Positions 27,157-33,641 of a stretch of DNA of 33,641 nt are shown here, piece by piece. The stretch's first letter is position 1. The number at the start of each line of letters is the position of its first letter. Below the pieces are notes generated by a model that was not told the DNA's origin, ran no database searches, and saw only the letters and a list, made by a program, of their open reading frames with translations. The stretch lies in the sequence record AJ748296.1, one strand, 5' to 3'. The position numbers and the translations under genes are program-made.

Positions 27157-27305
27157 TTCCTGTTTCACCTATCTCTAAAAATCAAAAATTCTATGACATT
27201 TTTATATCTTTATTTTTTGGAATAAGTAGGATTAATATTTGGAATTTGAGAAAAATTATCGATAGAATTAGGTAATGTTAAAAAATAAAAAAAATAAAAA
27301 AAAGA

Positions 27306-27608
27306 TTAACTTTCTAAAAGTAATCTAACATAATCTACAATATCTTCTTTTATGCACAAAAATTTCTTGTCTCTTTTAACTCTTTTTATCTTTATGAAAA
27401 AGATATTTTTATCAACTAATCGTTTTATTCTAAGATATCCGAAATATTGGTATCGATTTGCATCCTTTTGAAAAAGAAATAGTTTACCTTCACTAGTGTA
27501 CATAGGAATGCATAAATCATTATCGCTATCTTTCTGTGCAAGAGAAAAAAATCTAATCAGAAGTTCTTTTTGCTTAGGATACAATTTAATTTGGACTTCT
27601 TGACTCAT
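27306..27608 (-). CDS. 100-aa protein (SIRV ORF112 family), possible winged helix
   Basis: Start MSQEV after a GGTGA RBS; early-type promoter at 27641-27660; LYPKQKELL and [13 protein letters not shown] suggest a wHTH (weak). Confidence 0.7.
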
Positions 27609-27640
27609 TTCTTTCACCTTAATATCATATATGTATAAAC

Positions 27641-27660
27641 TCATATATAAAGCTTTCTCT
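27641..27660 (-). promoter_or_regulatory. Early-type BRE+TATA promoter AGAGAAAGCTTTATATATGA
   Basis: Same motif at 29552-29572, 31425-31444, 31964-31984 and 32331-32352. Confidence 0.7.
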
Positions 27661-27678
27661 ATCTTTTTATCTCTTTAA

Positions 27679-27718
27679 TTTTTCAACCTTCTGAATTAAT
27701 ATCATAAACTTGAGAAAA
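27679..27718 (-). repeat. Conserved intergenic element, copy 2
   Basis: tttttcaa ccttctgaattaatatcataaac ttgagaaaa; 23-bp spacer. Confidence 0.8.
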
Positions 27719-27812
27719 ATTATTGATAAAATTAGATAATTTATGGAAAATTTAAAATTAGAAGAATTAGAATTAGTATTGAAAAAATAAAAAAAATTAT
27801 TAATAAAAAAAA

Positions 27813-28538
27813 TTAATCTTTTGGATTCTTTTTCGGTACGGGATGTGAAAACAATAACCATTTACCGCCAAATTCTGTAAATCCAACATTATCATGTTCT
27901 GGCGAAATAATTTTTACAACTGGTGGTTCTGGTAAATATACTAAAGCTCCTTCTCCCGGCATTATATGTAATTGTTTATATTTTAATACATTAATATCAA
28001 ATTCAATAATATGATTATAAATACCAATTATTCTAGTTTTTTCAAAAAGTTCTTCATTAATTTTTTCTATCTTTAACGGCGGTACTTCATATACACTTAA
28101 ATGTCCTTGTTTACCATCAGGATAAAATGCCGGCGAAAATTCTAATTTTTCTCCTTTATAATAAATATCAAATAATTGAATTGAATAATTATCATACTTT
28201 ATTATTATTGATGAACTCTTTAATGAAACTTTAGATAAATCTAAATTTATTAACATTGATTTAATATCATTAATTTTTCTGAATATTTTCTGTTTGAAAG
28301 TAATATTGAATATCGGCGGATTAGGTGTATAGTATATTCCGTTAGTTTCCTTAGCTTTATCAACTTTTATTTTATTTTCTAGAATTGATACTTCAAAACA
28401 GCCTTGAAATGTTAATCTACTTCTTGAAATGTACTTTTCACAATTTATAAATTTATCTGTTACAGAAATTTTATTTCCATCAGGAAGTAAAAAAACATTT
28501 GGAAGATAATCTAATTTTTTTCTTTCTTTTATCTCCAT
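27813..28538 (-). CDS. AcrIIIB1-family anti-CRISPR paralogue (ORF241)
   Basis: Shares RKKL..LP.VFL, SRS.LT..GC, GIYY.P.P, QGHL, PG.G.L.Y.PE and WLLFSH motifs with ORF252; position just downstream of pvap as for SIRV2 gp48. Confidence 0.75.
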   Translation of the reverse strand: MEIKERKKLDYLPNVFLLPDGNKISVTDKFINCEKYISRSRLTFQGCFEVSILENKIKVDKAKETNGIYYTPNPPIFNITFKQKIFRKINDIKSMLINLDLSKVSLKSSSIIIKYDNYSIQLFDIYYKGEKLEFSPAFYPDGKQGHLSVYEVPPLKIEKINEELFEKTRIIGIYNHIIEFDINVLKYKQLHIMPGEGALVYLPEPPVVKIISPEHDNVGFTEFGGKWLLFSHPVPKKNPKD

Positions 28539-28772
28539 TTATTTCACCAATTTATCATTCTGTATATGACATTTATAAATTTTTATTTAAGTTTTTACGT
28601 TTATATCTCATTATTTTTGTATTTTTTTATACTTATAATTTCTGTAGAAATACAATTAATATAACAAAAATGAGAAAAATTATTGATAAAATTAACTATT
28701 TAGAAGAAAATTTAAAATTAGAAGAATTAGAATTAATATCTAAAAAATGAAAAAAATAGTTGATAAAAAAAA

Positions 28773-29531
28773 TCAATCTTGACCTGATCTCCTGGGTCTT
28801 GTATGGCTGAACAATAACCAAGTGTCTCTATTAACGTTAACTTCAACTTCTTTATGGTCAGAACTTTCAAGTTTAACGTGAACATCTTCTGGAACATAAA
28901 GTAATGTCCCACTACCTGGAGTAACGTAAAGGTTCTTAAACATCAATATAGACTTATCAAAGGTAACTTTATGGTTAAAGATCATAAATTCGCTAACTTC
29001 CGTAAACAATTCTTTATTAATCTCTCTTTTTTGACCATCATTATCATAGTAAAGTAAATAAACATCTTTCGGCTCTGGAACACTATAAATCCTAAGATGA
29101 CCCTGTTCTGCAAGTAACGGAAATTCATAAATCAATCCTTTGAAATAAATATCAAATACTTCAATTGAATAATTGCTATATTTTACCAATAACCATGGTT
29201 GCCTTGGCGAAATTTTCGATACGTCTAAGCTCATTAAAAATTGTTTCAAGTCATCAAGATTCCTAATCGCTTTCTGTCGAAAAGTAATATTGATTATTGA
29301 AGGATGCGGAACATAATAAATTCCTTTGACCTCTTTCAGAGTATCAATTTTTAACATTGATCCGACTGTATAGCCTGTCACACAACCTTCTTGGGTTAGT
29401 CCAGATCGGGATACGTAATGAACACAGTTTATATAATTCTTGTCTAATGTAAACTTATTTAAATAGATGTCCAAAAAAACTTTGGGTAAATTGTTTAACT
29501 TTTTCCTTACACTTACCTCCACTTTATTCAC
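28773..29531 (-). CDS. acrIIIB1: AcrIIIB1-family anti-CRISPR (ORF252)
   Basis: About 250 aa, directly downstream of pvap as SIRV2 gp48; C-terminal WLLFSHTRPRRSGQD; early-type promoter at 29552-29572; GTG start. Confidence 0.75.
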   Translation of the reverse strand: MNKVEVSVRKKLNNLPKVFLDIYLNKFTLDKNYINCVHYVSRSGLTQEGCVTGYTVGSMLKIDTLKEVKGIYYVPHPSIINITFRQKAIRNLDDLKQFLMSLDVSKISPRQPWLLVKYSNYSIEVFDIYFKGLIYEFPLLAEQGHLRIYSVPEPKDVYLLYYDNDGQKREINKELFTEVSEFMIFNHKVTFDKSILMFKNLYVTPGSGTLLYVPEDVHVKLESSDHKEVEVNVNRDTWLLFSHTRPRRSGQD

Positions 29532-29669
29532 CGATATATAATATGCTAATTCTCATATATAAAGTTTTCTCTATGTTTTTACATTTCTATTTTTCATCTT
29601 CAAAACTTGAAAAAAATAAAGAATCAGAATATAAAAAAGATTAAAAAAATAATACCTTAAAAATTAGAA

Positions 29670-29966
29670 TTACTTAGCTTGAGAACTTGGATTTTGATCT
29701 TTTGCTTTTTCTCTAGCTAATGAATTTACATCTCTTAATGTATCCATATTGAGAAGTGCATTTATTCCAGTTACTGTAGTATCTTTAATACTTTCAATAG
29801 CAGTAACTGTAGATTTTGTCATTTGATCAACAGCTTTAGCAAAATTCTCATTAGATTGCTTTTCATTATAAAGATGTACTATTTCTCCAACTACAAAACT
29901 ACCAATTAGTATACCAGTAACTGCAAAAAATCCATATAGTGCACCTTCTAATAATGTTATTGCCAT
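29670..29966 (-). CDS. pvap: PVAP (P98) virus-associated pyramid egress protein
   Basis: 98 aa; N-terminal TM ALYGFFAVTGILIGSFVVG followed by EIVHLYNEKQ...AIESIKDTTVTGINALLN. Confidence 0.95.
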   Translation of the reverse strand: MAITLLEGALYGFFAVTGILIGSFVVGEIVHLYNEKQSNENFAKAVDQMTKSTVTAIESIKDTTVTGINALLNMDTLRDVNSLAREKAKDQNPSSQAK

Positions 29967-30045
29967 TTTTGGTCAAATAATATTATCAAGAACTAAATAA
30001 TATAGTTTTCTGTAAATTTAAAGAAATAAAGAATTTTTTAATTCT

Positions 30046-30300
30046 TTAAGATTTTTTAGTACGCAATATTTGAATTTCATATAATAAAGCTTTTTCATTA
30101 TCTGTTAACTCTTTAGTATTAATTTTTATTTCAATATTATCATTTGAAGAATAAATAAATTGACTAAATGCTAATTCAATTAATTGTTGATATTCTTCTT
30201 CATTAATTTCAAAAGACATCTTAAATTTTAAACTTAATTCTTGTATATTAGAATCTTCAAAAAACAAATCTATAATTTTTTTAACTTCTTTAAAACTTAT
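30046..30300 (-). pseudogene. Shortened AcrID1-family paralogue with ATA where the ATG is expected (pseudogene or non-canonical start)
   Basis: GGGGA-aagaaaa-ATA-AGT-TTT-AAA-GAA; the frame has no ATG before residue ~27 of the family-aligned region; the track TTG start at 30336 lies in the TGTCATA box. Confidence 0.55.
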
Positions 30301-30357
30301 TTTTCTTTCCCCAATATTTTCATAAAAATATGACAATTTTAAATTTTTATCACTCTA

Positions 30358-30398
30358 TTTTTTCAACCTCCAGAATTAATATCACAAACTTGAAAAAA
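30358..30398 (-). repeat. Conserved intergenic element, copy 3
   Basis: ttttttcaa cctccagaattaatatcacaaac ttgaaaaaa; perfect 9-bp inverted ends. Confidence 0.88.
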
Positions 30399-30484
30399 AT
30401 TATTAATAGAATTAACTAATATTTAAAAAATAAAAAATAGAACAAAATAAGAATTAAATAAAAGAAAAAGAAAAAAAGAAAGAA

Positions 30485-30793
30485 TTACTTTTGAATTGGT
30501 TTATTTATGAATGGATTTAATTTTTGATTAAAGACTTCATCTGCATGTGAAAGTGCTAAAATATTAGCATTATTATCATAAATTATGTATAATTGATAGA
30601 AATAATGACAAACTTCTTCGGCATCTCTGTAAAGTTCTTGTAAAGAATTCCAGACTATACCATATGCCGTAATTAGACCATATTTTGGAAGTTTATTATA
30701 GCAGTGTGATACTAAAATTTCATCATTATATGTGACTAAAATTTCTAGACTTTCTTTATTTACATTTATTCCAGGTATCATTATCTTTCTCAT
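30485..30793 (-). CDS. Hypothetical 102-aa accessory protein
   Basis: GTGATAG RBS-like sequence; TGTCATA box at 30820-30826 (minus strand). Confidence 0.75.
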   Translation of the reverse strand: MRKIMIPGINVNKESLEILVTYNDEILVSHCYNKLPKYGLITAYGIVWNSLQELYRDAEEVCHYFYQLYIIYDNNANILALSHADEVFNQKLNPFINKPIQK

Positions 30794-30987
30794 TCTCTAT
30801 CACTAAATTTCTCTAAATATATGACATTTTTATATTTTCATTTAACAAAATCGATAAGAAGTAGAATTAATATCTGAAAAATGATAAAAATTAAGCATAG
30901 TTATAGGTATATACAAAAAATAAAAAAGATAAAAGAGAAAATAAAATTAGAGAAGAAAAAAATGAGAAATTAACTTAAGAAAAAAAA

Positions 30988-31392
30988 TTAATATAACTCT
31001 AACTTAACCCAGCCCTTACTCACACTAAAAACATATAATTTTGCATGAGATATCAATTCTCCCTCATAATCGTTACCACTTTTATGTAATATCACAACTA
31101 CTCTACTTTTTGGTATAATTACATAATCAACTTGGTCAGTACTGGGATAGTTATAAATTTTATCGATTACTATCTTTTCCACTTTTCCATATAGTATTTG
31201 CATTTTTCCATAGTCACTGAAACTGCTACCTGGTCTACTCCATTCGCTAATTCGCAGTAGAAATTTAGCCTCTGGACTACCTTCTTGTAACGTCTTTTGA
31301 ATCAATTGCTTTAACTCGCTTTCATTTAACTCTTCTTCACTTAAATTAATTTCTTGATCTGAATTTTGACTTGAATTTTCTTCTTGACTCAT
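30988..31392 (-). CDS. Hypothetical 134-aa accessory protein with acidic low-complexity N-terminus
   Basis: GGTGGA RBS; early-type promoter at 31425-31444. Confidence 0.8.
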   Translation of the reverse strand: MSQEENSSQNSDQEINLSEEELNESELKQLIQKTLQEGSPEAKFLLRISEWSRPGSSFSDYGKMQILYGKVEKIVIDKIYNYPSTDQVDYVIIPKSRVVVILHKSGNDYEGELISHAKLYVFSVSKGWVKLELY

Positions 31393-31641
31393 ACTTTATC
31401 CACCATATTTACATATGTAAAAAGCAATATATAAAGCTTTCTTCATTTTTTTACATCTCCATTTACATAATAAATTGCATTTTTGATATACATAATATGA
31501 TAAATAAGCTTTATCTCTTAATATTTTTAATCTCCTGGAATATTATAACAATAGTGATAAAAATTAAAGATAGAATTGGATAATTAGAAAAAAAATAAAA
31601 AAAGGAAATTGAAATGAAATTAGAAAATTAAAAAAAGAAAT

Positions 31642-31932
31642 TTACTTTTTCTCTTCTCTCCAGAAATGTAATTCTAACACGAATATTTTATCATCATATC
31701 TATAATAATCAATCTCTAACTCTAAATATTGGTTCTCGAATTCCCACCATTCGTAAAAGTCACTATAAATTTTATTATTAATAACTTGCTGTAATAGTAT
31801 AGCATTTTGTATTAATTCTTTAAACTCTTGCTCATCTAGTTCAACTTCTGGTGAGAAAATTAGATCTACTTCCCATAATTCGGAATTTTCGAATATGGGA
31901 CTTAACATATCTTTTAACGTTTTATACTTCAT
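31642..31932 (-). CDS. acrID1: AcrID1 anti-CRISPR (type I-D Cas10d inhibitor) close homologue, 96 aa from MKYKT
   Basis: MKYKTLKDMLSPIFENSELWEVDLIFSPEVE...FYEWWEFENQYLELEIDYY..DDKIFVLELHFWR matches AcrID1 as recalled (IFENSE, EWWEFENQYLE, KIFVLEMHFWR); early-type promoter at 31964-31984. Confidence 0.9.
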   Translation of the reverse strand: MKYKTLKDMLSPIFENSELWEVDLIFSPEVELDEQEFKELIQNAILLQQVINNKIYSDFYEWWEFENQYLELEIDYYRYDDKIFVLELHFWREEKK

Positions 31933-32001
31933 TTTTCTATCACTTCTTTTATATCTGATCTTTCTCATATATAAATCTTTCTTCATCTTTTCATGTCTCT
32001 A

Positions 32002-32042
32002 TTTTTTCAATCTCCAGAATTAATATCACAAACTTGAAAAAA
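32002..32042 (-). repeat. Conserved intergenic element, copy 4
   Basis: ttttttcaa tctccagaattaatatcacaaac ttgaaaaaa. Confidence 0.88.
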
Positions 32043-32132
32043 ATTAAGCATAGCCTTAGCTAATTTAAGGAAAATTAAAACTAGGAAAAAGAAGAATTAG
32101 AACTTACAAATAAAAAAATAAGGCTAACTTTT

Positions 32133-32300
32133 CTAACAGCTCTCTAAGTACTGTTTGACTTTTCTCACGCTAACGCCTAAGAAACCAGCAATCTGTTGAA
32201 CTGAGTAGTTCTTTCGAGCTAACTCATGGACAACACTAACAACATCATCCTCGCTTTCTATGAAATATCTTACGTTACCGACTTGAACCATCTTTTTCAT
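32133..32300 (-). CDS. 55-aa HTH protein, paralogue of 1306..1473
   Basis: MKKMVQVGNVRYFIESEDDVVSVVHELARKNYSVQQIAGFLGVSVRKVKQYLESC; 38/55 identical to the left copy by manual alignment; the track start at 32336 lies in the promoter. Confidence 0.9.
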   Translation of the reverse strand: MKKMVQVGNVRYFIESEDDVVSVVHELARKNYSVQQIAGFLGVSVRKVKQYLESC

Positions 32301-32458
32301 CTTTCTTTCACTAATATCATATATGTAAAAACTCATATATAAAGTTTTCTCTCAACTTTTACGCTTTCATTTTTCGACTTTCAATTTTTGAATAAATAAG
32401 AGGCCTCCAATTTTTATCATTACTGCATATACAAATTGAAGGTTCCAATTTTTCTATC

Positions 32459-33641
32459 TCCAATTTTTTAAAAAAGGCCACTTTTTTTTACAAAAGTGAA
32501 AAAAACAATTTTTTCCACTCCAAATATTTTAAAGAGGCCACTTTTTATTCCTAGGCTGAAACAAATCAAACAGATTTTTAACAGCTTACAATTATTATTT
32601 CATTTCTCAACCTAAAATTGTAACTTCCAATTGGAGCGGTAAAAAAGTCTAAAACAATCTATTTTGAGTCTGAAAATAATTATATAATTAATAATTACTA
32701 TCTAGCTAGTTAGCTAATATATATAATATGATAATTAGCTAATTAGCATAATATAGAAATATATAAATAACAAAATATTACGACTGTAATAATATTAATA
32801 AAATAAAAAAAATAATAAAAAAAAGAAGGATAGTCCTCACTACTATAATTAAATGTCTTCTGGTAGTATTTAAACTTTTCTTTCTAAACTTCCAATTTCC
32901 TCCATTGCAAACGCAAAAAACTGTAGTGAAATTTCTGAATATGTTTAGTAATTTAATAATTTTCCGCCGTAAAAGTTTTGGTTTGCATTAATTATATATT
33001 TGCAAATTAGAAACTTGGAAATTATATAATATATTATAATATATGAATATGTTTAGTATATTTATAATTTTTTGACGGAAAAGTTTTGGTTCCTCCTAAT
33101 TATTAATTAATAATTTAATAGTTCCTAATTTATATATATCTGGAAATGTATAATTATTTGGAATTTAGGAATTTACAATTAAGCAATTTTATATTATAAA
33201 TTTCAACAAATGATAGAATATTTGGAATTTTGTAATTTCCAATTTACATAACTAATTGGAATAATTTTCCAAGATGTACAATTAATTGGAATTTTGGAAT
33301 TTACAATTTTATTAACTTTTTGTAATAAATTTCCAAGATGTAGAATTTATTGGAATTTAGGAACTTAGGAATTTCCAATTTTATTAATTTGTTGGAATAA
33401 TTTTACAAGGTGTAGAATTAATTGGAATTTAGGAACTTCCAATTTATTAACTTTATTTCGAAAATTACGCAAAATGACAGAATAATTGGAATTTAGGAAT
33501 TTAGGAATTTTCAATTTATTAACTTTGGTGCGAAAAAAACGAAAAAAACGAAAAAAATTGGAATTTCCAATTTATCTCATTAGTTGCGAAATTTACGCAA
33601 AAAATGAAAAAAACTCCTATTACCTTCTTACTGCTCTACAA
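32459..33641. repeat. Right inverted terminal repeat (ITR)
   Basis: Reverse complement of 1..1183; ends ...ctgctctacaa vs start ttgtagagcag... Confidence 0.97.

Noticed and set aside
27667-27861. 64-aa minus-strand ORF
   Set aside because: Reads through a T-rich terminator and the cassette element; overlaps ORF241.
28499-28750. 83-aa plus-strand ORF and its 26-aa tail MRKIIDKINYLEENLKLEELELISKK
   Set aside because: The equivalent frame in the sister repeat (27710 onward) is broken by a stop, so the conservation is non-coding.
31371-31583. 70-aa plus-strand ORF
   Set aside because: Spans a promoter and intergenic region antisense to ORF134; Ile/Tyr low complexity.
1564-32042. 41-bp element as a MITE or IS end, or as a CRISPR repeat
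   Set aside because: No target-site duplications or transposase; copies are dispersed, oriented with their genes and share the internal spacer, so it is reported as a regulatory/recombination element.
1-33641. tRNA or rRNA genes, integrase, DNA polymerase
   Set aside because: No GC-rich structured segments or such ORFs seen; consistent with rudiviruses relying on host replication enzymes.

Overview
The window is an apparently complete linear genome of an archaeal rod-shaped virus (Rudiviridae). It is very AT-rich and closely resembles Sulfolobus islandicus rod-shaped virus 1 (SIRV1); the length and the 55-aa terminal HTH protein suggest SIRV1 variant XX, which a BLASTN search should confirm. 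It has perfect 1183-bp inverted terminal repeats. The conserved core encodes HUH Rep, SvtR, an ssDNA-binding/AAA+/Cas4-like operon, dUTPase, major coat protein, three minor virion proteins, Holliday-junction resolvase, glycosyltransferases, a methyltransferase and the PVAP pyramid protein. Two accessory arms are packed with anti-CRISPR genes: acrID1 plus four paralogues, two tandem acrIIIB1-family genes, and acrIII-1 in the core. The most interesting signals are four. (1) A 41-bp element bounded by TTTTTTCAA/TTGAAAAAA with a fixed 23-bp spacer precedes accessory and anti-defence genes and gives the arms a cassette-like layout. (2) An ASCH-like reader, a TGT/DpdA-like transglycosylase and an APC transporter are adjacent and, with a Mom-like GNAT enzyme, suggest a nucleic-acid base-modification system. 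(3) A palindromic ATACAT-N6-ATGTAT box lies upstream of mostly virion-type genes. (4) The two genome arms are asymmetric, with divergent HTH paralogues just inside the ITRs. All family assignments come from motif recognition and recall; no database searches were run.
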